From the IMG/VR virus record IMGVR_UViG_3300032116_000004, positions 62,001-126,000 of that record: a stretch of DNA of 64,000 nucleotides; one strand, 5' to 3'. The notes beneath the pieces were generated by a model that saw nothing but the letters and a program-made list of their open reading frames with translations, searched no databases and had not been told where the DNA came from. Every line of letters begins with the position of its first letter. Position 1 is the stretch's first letter. The translations under genes and the position numbers were made by a program. Of the stretch, positions 1 through 10,233 are shown in pieces.

Positions 1-504
1 CAGTTACAAAAACACGGCATCCGGAATTCTACCTTGATGGCCTTGATGCCAGCAGAGACGTCAGCACAGATATCTAACTCTACCAATGGTGTGGAACCTC
101 CTCGCAGTTATGTTTCCATCAAGCAGAGCAAAGATGGTGTGCTCAAACAAGTAGTGCCCGAATATCGCAAACTCAAAAATAAGTATGAACTGCTGTGGGA
201 TCAGAAAAGCCCCGAAGGCTATCTACGCATCATGGCTATCTTGCAGAAGTATATCGACCAAGGCATCTCTGTGAATACATCATACAATCCACAGCACTTT
301 GAAGATGAGAAGATCCCTATGAGTGACATGCTCAAGCACATGATCATGTTCTATAAGTATGGTGGCAAGCAGTTGTATTATTTCAACACCTATGATGGCT
401 CGGGGGAGATCGACGCAGATCGGATGAACAGACAGGAAATCCTGATCGAAGCCCCCGACACTTCGATACAAGCAGATGAAGACTGCGACAGTTGCAAAAT
501 ATAA
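1..504 (+). CDS. nrdA: Class Ia ribonucleotide reductase alpha subunit, C-terminal part (truncated by window)
   Basis: Frame open from base 1; MPAETS..SNSTNG.EP, DQGISVN, KQLYY and C-terminal CDSC; directly upstream of nrdB. Confidence 0.96.
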   Translation, partial: QLQKHGIRNSTLMALMPAETSAQISNSTNGVEPPRSYVSIKQSKDGVLKQVVPEYRKLKNKYELLWDQKSPEGYLRIMAILQKYIDQGISVNTSYNPQHFEDEKIPMSDMLKHMIMFYKYGGKQLYYFNTYDGSGEIDADRMNRQEILIEAPDTSIQADEDCDSCKI

Positions 505-516
505 AGAGAATAATAA

Positions 517-1644
517 ATGAGCGTATTGAATCTAAAAAAGAATCGTGACCACACCAAGAGCTTGGCTTTTCTTGATCCTCAAGGCGGACTAGGCATGCAA
601 AGATATGACACACTGAAGTATCGTCAGTTTGACAAACTCACCGACAAGCAGTTGGGATTTTTCTGGCGTCCAGAAGAAATAGATGTGCTACGTGACTCCA
701 AGGATTTCAAGGATCTCACACCATGGGAACAGCACATCTTTACCAGCAATCTCAAACGCCAGATATTGCTGGATTCTGTGCAAGGTCGTTCACCCAATCT
801 GGCCTTCTTGCCTTTGGTTACACTGCCTGAATTAGAAACCTGGATAGAGACCTGGGCTTTCAATGAGACCATACACAGCCGTAGTTACACACACATCATC
901 CGCAACATCTATTCCGACCCCGGCAAGATATTTGATGAGATGTTGGACATCGAAGATATCGTGACCTGCGGAACAGACTGTTCCAAATACTATGATGACC
1001 TCATACAATACTCCACTGCCTATCAACTGTTGGGAGTTGGCCGGCACACTGTCAACGGCAAGACACTGGAAATCACTGAATATGAACTGAAGAAACGACT
1101 ATGGTTGGCTGTGGCCTCGGTCAATGTGTTGGAAGGCATAAGATTTTATGTTTCGTTCGCTTGCTCGTGGGCATTTGCTGAGTTGAAAAAGATGGAAGGC
1201 AATGCCAAGATCATCAAACTGATCGCACGTGATGAAAACGTCCATCTAGGATTCACACAGACTCTGCTTAAACTGTTGCCACAAGACGATCCAGATTACG
1301 TGAAAATCAAACAAGAAACACAGGCCGACATGATCACCATGTATGAGTCAGCTGTAGAACAAGAAGAACGGTGGGCTGAGTATCTTTTCCGTGACGGAAG
1401 CATGATCGGTCTCAACAAACAGTTGTTGTGCGATTACGTAGAGTGGATCGCCCACAAGCGCATGACAGCCATTGGTTTGCCCAATCGCTATCGCGGCGGA
1501 TCCAACCCTTTGCCATGGACGGCCAAATGGATCGCAGGTGCTGAAGTGCAGGTAGCACCTCAAGAAACTGAGATCACTTCCTATGTGATCGGCGGCACCA
1601 AACAGGATGTCACAGATGCTACTTTTTCTGGTATGAGTCTATGA
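517..1644 (+). CDS. nrdB: Ribonucleotide reductase beta subunit
   Basis: FFWRPEE, ETIHSRSY, LEGIRFYVSF, RDENVH, APQETEITSY motifs. Confidence 0.97.
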   Translation: MSVLNLKKNRDHTKSLAFLDPQGGLGMQRYDTLKYRQFDKLTDKQLGFFWRPEEIDVLRDSKDFKDLTPWEQHIFTSNLKRQILLDSVQGRSPNLAFLPLVTLPELETWIETWAFNETIHSRSYTHIIRNIYSDPGKIFDEMLDIEDIVTCGTDCSKYYDDLIQYSTAYQLLGVGRHTVNGKTLEITEYELKKRLWLAVASVNVLEGIRFYVSFACSWAFAELKKMEGNAKIIKLIARDENVHLGFTQTLLKLLPQDDPDYVKIKQETQADMITMYESAVEQEERWAEYLFRDGSMIGLNKQLLCDYVEWIAHKRMTAIGLPNRYRGGSNPLPWTAKWIAGAEVQVAPQETEITSYVIGGTKQDVTDATFSGMSL

Positions 1645-1910
1645 TGTTGACTGTGTATTCAAAAACCGTTTGCCCGTTTTGTGTCAATGCTAAAAATTAC
1701 TTGAAAAGCAAAGACATACCCTTCGAAGAAATCAACATCGAAAAGGATGAGCAAGCACGCCAGTTCATCCAGGAAAAAGGTCATCGCACGGTGCCGCAGA
1801 TCTATTTTGAAGGCAAATTATTTGTGGAAGGTGGGTTCCAAGGTTTAAGTAAGTTGACGCGAACGGACATCCGCGAGCGCATGAATCTTACAGACCTAGG
1901 AACCATATGA
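1641..1910 (+). CDS. Glutaredoxin
   Basis: CPFC active site, TVPQI, GG motif; follows nrdB. Confidence 0.93.
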   Translation: MMLTVYSKTVCPFCVNAKNYLKSKDIPFEEINIEKDEQARQFIQEKGHRTVPQIYFEGKLFVEGGFQGLSKLTRTDIRERMNLTDLGTI

Positions 1911-2212
1911 ACGTATTCCAAAGAAGCCAAATATACACTCTAAAATTAATCAGCGGTGAAGAAATCACCGCCAAAGTCGTAGAAATCTGCGGCGATGTGA
2001 TAGAAGTTACCCAACCCATCAGCATGGTCCTGGGCCCACAAGGGCTTCAGATGATGCCCAGTTTGTTTTCAGCAAATCAGGACAAAACTGTGCATATAAA
2101 TACTGCTACGATAGTGATGCAGGCAGAAACACGCGAAGACGTCAAGTCCAAATACATTGAGGCTACCACAGGAATCGCCACTCCGCCTGCTAAACAAATC
2201 ATAACAGGATAA
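1907..2212 (+). CDS. Conserved phage protein, possible Sm-like fold
   Basis: TLKLISGEEI start typical of small T4-like phage Sm-like proteins; overlaps the upstream stop. Confidence 0.55.
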   Translation: MNVFQRSQIYTLKLISGEEITAKVVEICGDVIEVTQPISMVLGPQGLQMMPSLFSANQDKTVHINTATIVMQAETREDVKSKYIEATTGIATPPAKQIITG

Positions 2213-2216
2213 CATC

Positions 2217-2507
2217 ATGCCACCATCAGTAAGAATCGGAGACCCAAACATAGCCGGGGGTCTCGCAGTATTCCCCGGCGCTCTCAGCGTGCTGATCAAC
2301 GGTCGTCCGGCCTGCACCACAGGCACTTTAGTCACACCTCATCCTTGTTGCGGTGCACCTGGTTGCGAGATTCATTGCGCCGCTTTGACCACACTGGGCA
2401 GTCTTTCTGTGCTGGCCGAAGGCAAACCCATTGTTTATGTTGGGTCACCTGACACCTGTTTTCATCCTCGGGCATTTGGAAGTCTCGATGTTATAGTAGG
2501 AATCTAA
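2217..2507 (+). CDS. PAAR-repeat spike tip protein (gp5.4-like)
   Basis: RIGD, SVLINGRPA, SVLAEGKPI, GS.DV repeats with Cys/His zinc ligands. Confidence 0.88.
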   Translation: MPPSVRIGDPNIAGGLAVFPGALSVLINGRPACTTGTLVTPHPCCGAPGCEIHCAALTTLGSLSVLAEGKPIVYVGSPDTCFHPRAFGSLDVIVGI

Positions 2508-4712
2508 ATGGCCTGCGCAGGCGCACTCACCTCGATCATAATGACTGCGGTTGGCGCATTTATCGCCAACGGAGGCCTCGCAGAAGTGTTTGGTGGAGCA
2601 CCTGTGGCCGGCGCAGCCGGTAGTGCGGCCGAAGGTTTAGTCACTGTGTATACTCCATCGGGTGAAATCTTTTCCATGAGCACTGCTGAAGCAGTGGCGT
2701 CGGGCATCATTGAAAATACTGCGAGCCAATCGTGGTTCAGCGGTCTCGGAGGTCTGGGAGACACTCTCAATTCCATGACCAACAGTTTTTTAGAATTCAC
2801 TGCGCCCATGAGAGAAGCCTGGAGCAATCTAGCCACCGCCCCGGCCGCAGCCGGCAAACAAGTATTCAATTCAGTTTCTGGAACCTGGGGACCAAAAACA
2901 GCACAATTTTTGTCATCGGTCACAGAAGGGGTGTTCAAGACCGCTATCCAAGAAAGTATCACTTGGGCTAGCCAAACTCTTGGGGGCACTGGTACATTGG
3001 TCGCAGGGGCGTTGGTTGGCGATCCCAAGATCCTAGGTCAGGCTTTCAATGCTGCCAATTCTTTCGCGCAGACAGCCAATGGCTTTATCAACGCAGCCGA
3101 GTCGGCCGGAACCTATCTCAACAAAACCTTCACCAACATGGAAAATACCATCACTGCCGGCGTGGATGGAGTCAGCAAATGGTTTGAAGGTCTGGGCGAT
3201 GACATCAGCAAACTAGGCAACACCGTGGACTGGGCCAAACTTGATTTCCTTGGCTATCCAGGACAACTGATCGCCAACCTTGAAAACAGTGGAACACTGG
3301 GCCCATTCTATGACAAACTGGGCAACATCCAGGTAGATCCCCGCACCGCACAGCAGTTGGGAGTGAACATAACCAATGCTTTATTGGGCCGTGAAGAATT
3401 GCGTCTCAAGGATCTCGGCATTGATCTCAATCAGATAGCGCGACAAGGTGCAAATCTGCCCGCCGGCATACAAAAAGAAATATACACAGAACTGACCAAA
3501 CTCACGCCCACTGAAGTCACACAGGTCAAAGGCATATTGAACAACACACAGGTCGCTGTGCAGAAAGGTCAAGACCTACTTGATCCACAAAAACTTTTTG
3601 CCTCCAGCTCCAGCACACTGACCACGCCTATCCGTGTGGGGTCTGTTGGCTTCCGTGGTATCTATGAAGCAAGTGGCAGCATCAATCCTGAACTCAATGA
3701 CTTAGGAGAAAATCTCAAAGGTATCATACCCGATGACCTGGCAGTGGCCAATTCCGCATTGGGCCGCAGTTTCCTACAGGTCAAGGGTATTTCAAATACC
3801 AGCAGTGATTCATTGGCCGCAAGTGTCCTGGAATTGGAAAACCTCAGAGATTTGCCTTTGATAGCCGGTCAGGAAGAATATGTGACCCAACCGGTGATTG
3901 ACTATTGGAAAAATTACTATGGCGAAGATTTTGGCATACAGTTGACCACTGGCAACAATGGGTCATATGTAGTTTCAGACATCGTGGGATTTGCCGCAGG
4001 TTATAATTCAGGACAGCCTCTCCAGGACAATGGCCCGCTGTTGACCAGCCTCAACGCCAATGGTGCCTTTGCGGAATTCACACAAAGCCAGGGCATCTAC
4101 GAAACCATCCAGCAATTCTGTCTAGGCACATTTGGTCCAACTGCCAACCCCACACCAGTGGATCCGCCCAATGATGATTACCAGATAGAGATCCCTGTGG
4201 GATGGGCAGCCGCGGGCATTTATTATGGCGCTACAGGCAATATTGCCTTTCAAGATGCATGGCTAAATGGAATCATTCCTTATACCGCTGTGGCGTCAAC
4301 AGACATCTACGAAAACTATCCAGATGCGCAAACAGTAAACGCCAACGAAACAATCTGGCAAGAGCAGTATGGCAGAGAATATCTCAACAGACAACGTGCA
4401 GATCTCATCGTCACAGATATCAGAGCGTCTGACACAACTGCCATCAATTTTGGACAGTCCTTGCCTCAATTTGGTAGAAACACTGAATTCGGCGGACCGG
4501 CCATGTGGTTAGAGCGTGTGGCCAATGCCAACAGCCTAGGAGGGCAGGCCTTGATCGCTGCCATGCGCGAGGGTCGCAATCAAGCTAGATTGGATGATGC
4601 AGGCATCAAGACGGACACAGCACTGGCCACAGAACAACCGCAGTTCCCAGGAACGCTGGCGCCGAACACTTTGACCAAAGAAGAAGCCGACGCCCTGGTG
4701 ATTCGTTCCTAG
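2508..4712 (+). CDS. Large hypothetical protein, likely virion/baseplate associated
   Basis: 734 aa, Gly/Ala/Thr/Asn-rich, immediately after PAAR. Confidence 0.5.
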   Translation: MACAGALTSIIMTAVGAFIANGGLAEVFGGAPVAGAAGSAAEGLVTVYTPSGEIFSMSTAEAVASGIIENTASQSWFSGLGGLGDTLNSMTNSFLEFTAPMREAWSNLATAPAAAGKQVFNSVSGTWGPKTAQFLSSVTEGVFKTAIQESITWASQTLGGTGTLVAGALVGDPKILGQAFNAANSFAQTANGFINAAESAGTYLNKTFTNMENTITAGVDGVSKWFEGLGDDISKLGNTVDWAKLDFLGYPGQLIANLENSGTLGPFYDKLGNIQVDPRTAQQLGVNITNALLGREELRLKDLGIDLNQIARQGANLPAGIQKEIYTELTKLTPTEVTQVKGILNNTQVAVQKGQDLLDPQKLFASSSSTLTTPIRVGSVGFRGIYEASGSINPELNDLGENLKGIIPDDLAVANSALGRSFLQVKGISNTSSDSLAASVLELENLRDLPLIAGQEEYVTQPVIDYWKNYYGEDFGIQLTTGNNGSYVVSDIVGFAAGYNSGQPLQDNGPLLTSLNANGAFAEFTQSQGIYETIQQFCLGTFGPTANPTPVDPPNDDYQIEIPVGWAAAGIYYGATGNIAFQDAWLNGIIPYTAVASTDIYENYPDAQTVNANETIWQEQYGREYLNRQRADLIVTDIRASDTTAINFGQSLPQFGRNTEFGGPAMWLERVANANSLGGQALIAAMREGRNQARLDDAGIKTDTALATEQPQFPGTLAPNTLTKEEADALVIRS

Positions 4713-4731
4713 GTCAGTGGGCACTAACCTA
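4710..4731. promoter_or_regulatory. 22-bp palindromic operator-like element, copy 1
   Basis: TAGGTCAGTGGGCACTAACCTA. Confidence 0.75.
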
Positions 4732-4733
4732 CG

Positions 4734-4761
4734 AAAACCCTACAAACAGTAGGGTTTTTTT
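4734..4761 (+). terminator. Intrinsic terminator
   Basis: AAAACCCTAC-loop-GTAGGGTTTT plus T run. Confidence 0.75.
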
Positions 4762-4765
4762 GTGG

Positions 4766-4794
4766 TTGACCAAAAATCGCCATTTTGCTATAAT
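4766..4794 (+). promoter_or_regulatory. sigma70-type early promoter
   Basis: TTGACC-17-TATAAT with extended TG. Confidence 0.85.
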
Positions 4795-4826
4795 ATGAGT
4801 TATAGTAAACAACTTGGAGCCACAGT

Positions 4827-5000
4827 ATGTCTAAGAAACACTTTGAACTACTCGCCAAATACATCGATTCTATCATGGATCCGCATTGCCGTTTGCAAGC
4901 GGCTATCGCGGTGGCATCTGCTTGTAAAGAAGCCAATCGCAGATTTGACTCGGATCGATTCTTTGCCGCTTGCAACATCGGCGCCGCCGAGGTCAAATAA
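4827..5000 (+). CDS. Small early protein (57 aa, MSKKHFELLAKY...)
   Basis: GGAG RBS after the promoter; read manually, not in the ORF track. Confidence 0.7.
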   Translation: MSKKHFELLAKYIDSIMDPHCRLQAAIAVASACKEANRRFDSDRFFAACNIGAAEVK

Positions 5001-5001
5001 C

Positions 5002-5202
5002 ATGGCCTATCACGTTTTCCGACACAACCAGGACTATGGTCCACGATCGGGGCTGGAAGGTCCGTTCCACTATCCCAATGGCCGGGTGCTGTATTATGAT
5101 CCCAAGGCCGGTGAATACTGGGATCCACGCACAGATTTTTATGTGCCAAGAGATGAAGTCGCTGAATTACAGCAAAGCATTTTTGATCAGGTGGCGGCAT
5201 GA
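5002..5202 (+). CDS. Conserved small phage protein
   Basis: GLEGPF..NGRVLYYDPKAGEYWDP motif; ATG right after the upstream stop. Confidence 0.75.
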   Translation: MAYHVFRHNQDYGPRSGLEGPFHYPNGRVLYYDPKAGEYWDPRTDFYVPRDEVAELQQSIFDQVAA

Positions 5203-5375
5203 CACAACGAGATGTCACCTTATCGATCACGTTCACACTGGATGACATCGAGGTGCTCCAGCGCATCTGGAATCGGTATGGTTATGTCATGGACGAGACC
5301 GGCATCATCTCTCACATATTAAACGAATATGAAATGAAGACTGCTGACAGTCTAAATACAAAGGTAAAGGCATGA
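5199..5375 (+). CDS. Small hypothetical protein (58 aa)
   Basis: ATGA overlaps at both ends; read manually. Confidence 0.55.
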   Translation: MTQRDVTLSITFTLDDIEVLQRIWNRYGYVMDETGIISHILNEYEMKTADSLNTKVKA

Positions 5376-6754
5376 CACAGGCACGCGATTGGCACAATGA
5401 TGAATTCAATGGATTAAAAGTGGCGGCAGATTGGATACAAGATCTCGAAGGCTCAGACTCTAGGCTACACAAAGAAGCAGTGATCGAAAAGGCTCTGGTA
5501 GCGGCTCGATTAGGGTCGGCAGGGGCGCAGTGTTTTTTATACAACTGCTACCTGACCTACAATCCTTATTTCGTCTATGGTGTGAAGAAGGTTCCAGAAA
5601 CCCAAGGACTCACAGGAAAAGACAATCCCTGGACTGAGTTCTGGGCTCTCACAGAAGGCCTCCGAACCCGTAGCATCACTGGCAACAAGGCACGTGATAG
5701 GATCGACGAACTGGCCGGTCGTTTTGACTCAGACGAGTGGAACGGCCTGGCCCGTCGTGTGCTGATCAAAGATCTCCGCTGTGGTATTTCAGAAAAGACC
5801 TTAAACAAAGTGCTGGGTAACTCGGAATGGAAGATACCGGTGTTCACTTGCCAACTGGCGCAAGACTCGGGCGATCATCCGGCCAAGATGAAAGGTCGAA
5901 AACGTATCGAATGTAAACTGGATGGTGTGCGTGTGCTGGCAGTGGTCAGCGGTAGCACAGTGAACCTCTACAGCCGCAACGGCAAACCCTTTGACAACTT
6001 TCCGCAGATCGCTGAAGCCATAGAAGATTGCAGGGCTGTGTTCCGTCACGGACTGAACTCAGGTGGTAGATTTGTGTTGGATGGTGAGATCGTGGGAGAG
6101 TCATTCCAGAAACTCATGCGTCAAGCACATCGTAAAAGCGATGCCCAAACTGATGGCATGGTTTATCATATCTTTGATATCATTCCTCTGGAAGATTTTG
6201 AGCGTGGGTTCTGGAACGCACAACAGCACAAGAGACTGGACATACTTAACCGGGCAATGGAACCGCTACAAGAGCAGACCGATTGCCTCCGTATCATGCC
6301 CGGACTGGAAGTGGATCTCGACACCGGAGAAGGTCATGACATCATGGATCGATTCGCCCAAGATGCTGTCACGGCCGGCTATGAAGGTATCATGATCAAG
6401 TCGGTGGATGCGCCCTATGAGTGCAAGCGAACGTCTTTTTGGATGAAGTGGAAACCCACCATAACAGTGGATTTGGAAATCGTGGGTTTCGAACAAGGAA
6501 CTGGTCGCAACGAAAAGCGATTGGGTGCTATAATTTGTGAAGGAGATGACAATGGCAGAAATATTCGTGTTAATGTTGGCAGTGGTTTGTCTGATAGCGA
6601 TAGGGATGACTTCTGGACCGCTCGCGATGACCTACTTGGTCGATTGGTTGAAATCCAAGCGGACGCAGTCACACAAAACCAAGACGGATCATACTCACTG
6701 AGATTTCCACGATTCGTGAGATTCCGTGGGTTTGAACCTGGAGAAAAAATTTGA
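5372..6754 (+). CDS. lig: ATP-dependent DNA ligase
   Basis: KLDGVR adenylation motif, LDGEI, EGIMIK, WMKWK, VGSG, SLRFPRF. Confidence 0.95.
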   Translation: MTQARDWHNDEFNGLKVAADWIQDLEGSDSRLHKEAVIEKALVAARLGSAGAQCFLYNCYLTYNPYFVYGVKKVPETQGLTGKDNPWTEFWALTEGLRTRSITGNKARDRIDELAGRFDSDEWNGLARRVLIKDLRCGISEKTLNKVLGNSEWKIPVFTCQLAQDSGDHPAKMKGRKRIECKLDGVRVLAVVSGSTVNLYSRNGKPFDNFPQIAEAIEDCRAVFRHGLNSGGRFVLDGEIVGESFQKLMRQAHRKSDAQTDGMVYHIFDIIPLEDFERGFWNAQQHKRLDILNRAMEPLQEQTDCLRIMPGLEVDLDTGEGHDIMDRFAQDAVTAGYEGIMIKSVDAPYECKRTSFWMKWKPTITVDLEIVGFEQGTGRNEKRLGAIICEGDDNGRNIRVNVGSGLSDSDRDDFWTARDDLLGRLVEIQADAVTQNQDGSYSLRFPRFVRFRGFEPGEKI

Positions 6755-6882
6755 ATCTGATGATTTGGTTCGCAGTGGTCATATTATCAATGGAGTCATT
6801 GATATCTGGCAACGGTGCGGCATTGGTGGCCGGTTTGACACTGGCTGTAATTGGTATTGTCGTGGAGGCAAGACGAGCATGA
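6751..6882 (+). CDS. Small membrane protein
   Basis: Hydrophobic 43-aa ORF coupled to the ligase stop; read manually. Confidence 0.4.
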   Translation: MNLMIWFAVVILSMESLISGNGAALVAGLTLAVIGIVVEARRA

Positions 6883-6954
6883 GACATATTCCCCGTTCTG
6901 AGTGGTGGGCTTACATCAAATGGCGCATCCGTAAAATGTTTGCCCGACAGAGAT

Positions 6955-7104
6955 ATGAAGTTTAGGATCTATTGGCGCATACTGAGCCCGTGGTTATTGA
7001 TTCCAGCGGCCTTGGTGGCCGTTCCCGTTATTGTAGCCTGGATGTGGATACGTCATCCCCGTCAGTGCTTTGAGGCATGGCGTAACGGCAAAGGAATCTA
7101 TTGA
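6955..7104 (+). CDS. Small membrane protein
   Basis: MKFRIYWRILSPWLLIPAALV..., 49 aa; read manually. Confidence 0.45.
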   Translation: MKFRIYWRILSPWLLIPAALVAVPVIVAWMWIRHPRQCFEAWRNGKGIY

Positions 7105-7391
7105 TGATAGAACTCGATATACGGCTTCGCAATCCATGGCCGCCAAGGCCTTTCCGCAATATTGCCTGTTGGTCTTGGCAGATGTTCCGCAATAAAACCT
7201 TTGAATTGCAGTTCAGCCACTATGCATTTAATTGGCTAGAAGCCAAACTAGATCTCAACTGGCGACAGACTGATCATGCAGGTCCGTGGCTCATGATCAA
7301 TGTTTTTGGGTGGACCATGGATGTCAGGATCTATGATCGTCGTCATTGGGATGATGTTACCAACACCTGGAGAGATGATGCAACCCTGTAA
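7104..7391 (+). CDS. Hypothetical phage protein
   Basis: Trp-rich ORF in a tightly packed operon. Confidence 0.65.
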   Translation: MIELDIRLRNPWPPRPFRNIACWSWQMFRNKTFELQFSHYAFNWLEAKLDLNWRQTDHAGPWLMINVFGWTMDVRIYDRRHWDDVTNTWRDDATL

Positions 7392-7665
7392 AACTGACTA
7401 TTATACCTGTTCGTGCCATTCGGCCGAGCACACTTTGAGATTTGACTATGACCCTGATGATGGTGAACTCTACACCACGGTGTATCTGCTTGCATACAGA
7501 CCCTGGTATCAGCGTGTGTGGTTGGCTGTGAAATATGTGTTTGGACGCAATCGCCGCTATGGTGACTTTGACTGTTTCACTTTGGATCCTCGAGATCGCG
7601 ATCGTTTCGTGAACATGGCAGTGACGTTCCAACGATTCCATGATCGCAACAGCACAGCGGTGTGA
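7375..7665 (+). CDS. Hypothetical phage protein
   Basis: CSCHSAEH motif, GGAG RBS. Confidence 0.65.
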   Translation: MMQPCKTDYYTCSCHSAEHTLRFDYDPDDGELYTTVYLLAYRPWYQRVWLAVKYVFGRNRRYGDFDCFTLDPRDRDRFVNMAVTFQRFHDRNSTAV

Positions 7666-7880
7666 TGCGAGAAGTTTGGCTAGATGACGGCGGTATAGGA
7701 TACGAGCAGGCTGGACAGCGTTTTGAATCAGCGCATCGCTGGGCCAAAAAAAATTGTGTCAGTTATCAAAAACATGAGGTAGTAGACGTGACGGATGTGT
7801 CTCATACCCATGATTTGATCGCTCGGTATTTGTTCCGTGACGAACGGGATGTAATTATGTTTGAATTGAAATGGTCCTGA
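7662..7880 (+). CDS. Small protein of the F-x-L-x-W C-terminal family
   Basis: Ends FRDERDVIMFELKWS. Confidence 0.65.
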   Translation: MMREVWLDDGGIGYEQAGQRFESAHRWAKKNCVSYQKHEVVDVTDVSHTHDLIARYLFRDERDVIMFELKWS

Positions 7881-8380
7881 TGAAAGCATTGGAAGATCCC
7901 GATCTCTCTGCTGAACAAAAGCAGTTACTTAATGAAATACAAGGCATCCGCTATGTTGTGATCAACAAACAACATGGCGGTTTTGGTCTCAGTCCAGACG
8001 CTATCAAACGCTATTTAGAAATCAAGGGCATAGAATACTACGTCGAGGAAAATGATCGATTTGGTGGACTCGTAGGACCCAAACACTGGTTGGTGCCCAA
8101 ACAACAGCAACTACAAGAACCTGATGCTGAAACTTGGCATTCGATGACCATGGCCCAAAGACAACAGCATAATCAACTCTATGATCAACAGGTATTTTCT
8201 GATCGTGACGTAGATAGAGATGACCCTGTGCTGGTGCAAGTGGTGCAGGAAATGGGCGCTGATGCCGGTGGCAGATTTGCGGCATTAAAGGTAGTTGAGA
8301 TCCCCGCCGATGTAGAATGGCAAATAGAAGAATACGACGGTCTGGAGTGGGTGGCCGAAAAGCATAGAACTTGGGATTGA
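7871..8380 (+). CDS. Conserved phage protein
   Basis: VVINKQHGGFGLS and RDDPVLVQVV..LKVVEIP..EYDGLEW motifs. Confidence 0.75.
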   Translation: MVLMKALEDPDLSAEQKQLLNEIQGIRYVVINKQHGGFGLSPDAIKRYLEIKGIEYYVEENDRFGGLVGPKHWLVPKQQQLQEPDAETWHSMTMAQRQQHNQLYDQQVFSDRDVDRDDPVLVQVVQEMGADAGGRFAALKVVEIPADVEWQIEEYDGLEWVAEKHRTWD

Positions 8381-8399
8381 ATTGTGCTATAATAATATC

Positions 8400-8669
8400 A
8401 TGGAACCAGGACTACATCGAATCTACGTCAGCGTCACCACACAAGAGCAATGGTATTCGATCATGCGAGAGTGCCGAGATTGGTTTGGAAAAAACTGGCG
8501 CACACAACCTCGAGTAAAGAGAAAACTCACGGAAAACTCTCGCTACGGGAAAAATCGTCCTGGAGTATCCGTATGGTTTGAAGTGCCTGATCTGCGTTTT
8601 GCTACCTGGATCTCGGTCAAAATGAGTCTACAAGTGGCTGGGGAGGACAAGCATAAAGCCGGTAAATAG
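8400..8669 (+). CDS. Hypothetical protein (possibly leaderless)
   Basis: ATG begins 7 nt after the TGcTATAAT hexamer (8388-8393). Confidence 0.65.
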   Translation: MEPGLHRIYVSVTTQEQWYSIMRECRDWFGKNWRTQPRVKRKLTENSRYGKNRPGVSVWFEVPDLRFATWISVKMSLQVAGEDKHKAGK

Positions 8670-8673
8670 TTCT

Positions 8674-10233
8674 ATGTTTCTCACATACTTGATGCTGGCT
8701 GTGGCGCTGTGCCTCAGCGCCATCGCCGCATTCTATTCGATCATAGGTCTCACTGCCATATTTGCCGCGGCTGTGATTCCTGTGGCCGTCATGGGAACCA
8801 TATTGGAGATAGCCAAACTAACGGTCACTGTATGGTTGCATGAATACTGGCATCGTTGTAAACGAGCCATGAAAATATACTTGGTGCCTGCGGTGGGTAT
8901 GCTGATGTTGATCACTTCCATGGGCATCTTTGGCTTCCTGTCAAAGGCCCATCTAGATCAAGCAGTTCCCACTGGGGATGTGGCCGCACAAGTGGCCTTG
9001 CTAGACGAAAAGATAAAGACACAGCGAGACAACATCGAAGCCGCCCGACGTGCCCTGGCCCAGATGGATGCGGCTGTGGACCAAACACTCAGCAGATCAT
9101 CTGACGAGAAGGGTGCTGACAAAGCCGCGGCACTGCGCCGTGCTCAGGCCCGTGAGCGTGGCAACCTGCAAGGAGACATCTCTCGCGCACAGACCGAGAT
9201 AGCAAAATTAAACGAACAACGGGCACCCATAGCCGCAAATCTACGCAAAGTAGAAGCCGAGGTAGGTCCAATCAAATACATAGCGGCCTTGATCTATGGA
9301 GACAATCCTGATGCCAACTTACTGGAAAAGGCCGTGCGTTGGGTGATCATAATACTTGTGGTAGTGTTTGATCCCTTGGCCATATTCATGTTGTTGGCCG
9401 CCACTGAGAGTTACAAGTGGGAAAAATACGGTGCTCGAGATGATCCCGATGAACCAGAAAATCCGCCACCTGACAGCCCAGTGATGGATCGCATAAACGA
9501 ATGGCGCGACAAAATAAAAAAATGGAGGCAACCCAATGGTACCAATGCTGATGATGGCCAACCTATTGCCCAGGATCTGGCTAGACAACCTGACAGAGAT
9601 GATGCTGATGTTCAACCCACCGCTCCGATGGTGGCTATCCCACCTACGCAATGGGGCGGGCAAGATCTAACAAAACAAATCGTTGAAAATAATCGGCCCG
9701 GTGAACCTGTTTATGTCGACATGCCGGACATTGTCACTGTGCGTCCGGATGTGCAGTATGTAGGTGATGCCGATGAAGAAGAAACTCCTGAAGAAAAAGA
9801 TCCTGTAAAAAGGGCCAAGCGCCAATGGAAAGCGGACAATCCTGATGACACTTTACACAGACACGAAAAATTGTTGGCACAGGGCAAGATAGAACGACTA
9901 CCATGGGAACAGAGTCTACAACTGCAGGCAGATGATCAAGAACAATATGCCAATGTTGATTTTGGAACACGATTCCCTACAACTCCCGGTCGTGGGGATG
10001 CGTTTATCCGTGTAGATTTCCTGCCAACTAAACTGTTCAAATGGAATGGTGCGAAATGGATTGAAGTGGACAAAGAAATCACTGATTCATTCACCTACAA
10101 TGATGAGTATATCGAATATCTAATCGCCAAGATCGGTTCTGGTGAGTATGATGCTGATCTGCTCAACGAAAACGAAAGACAACAAATAGAAGCTAGGCTA
10201 CGAGATGATCCCAAATTCAACGGTCCAGCATGA
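8674..10233 (+). CDS. Membrane protein with coiled-coil and C-terminal soluble domain
   Basis: Three N-terminal TM helices, long coiled coil, further TM helix; TAAATA at 8663-8668. Confidence 0.75.
   Translation: MFLTYLMLAVALCLSAIAAFYSIIGLTAIFAAAVIPVAVMGTILEIAKLTVTVWLHEYWHRCKRAMKIYLVPAVGMLMLITSMGIFGFLSKAHLDQAVPTGDVAAQVALLDEKIKTQRDNIEAARRALAQMDAAVDQTLSRSSDEKGADKAAALRRAQARERGNLQGDISRAQTEIAKLNEQRAPIAANLRKVEAEVGPIKYIAALIYGDNPDANLLEKAVRWVIIILVVVFDPLAIFMLLAATESYKWEKYGARDDPDEPENPPPDSPVMDRINEWRDKIKKWRQPNGTNADDGQPIAQDLARQPDRDDADVQPTAPMVAIPPTQWGGQDLTKQIVENNRPGEPVYVDMPDIVTVRPDVQYVGDADEEETPEEKDPVKRAKRQWKADNPDDTLHRHEKLLAQGKIERLPWEQSLQLQADDQEQYANVDFGTRFPTTPGRGDAFIRVDFLPTKLFKWNGAKWIEVDKEITDSFTYNDEYIEYLIAKIGSGEYDADLLNENERQQIEARLRDDPKFNGPA

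Noticed and set aside
1-1644. Intron, intein or homing endonuclease in the nrd genes
   Set aside because: nrdB is uninterrupted and of normal size, and the nrdA-nrdB gap is 12 bp.
4762-5001. N-terminal part of the tracked 146-aa ORF 4762..5202
   Set aside because: It runs through the promoter. A separate RBS-led ORF (4827-5000) and an ATG at 5002 explain the region better.
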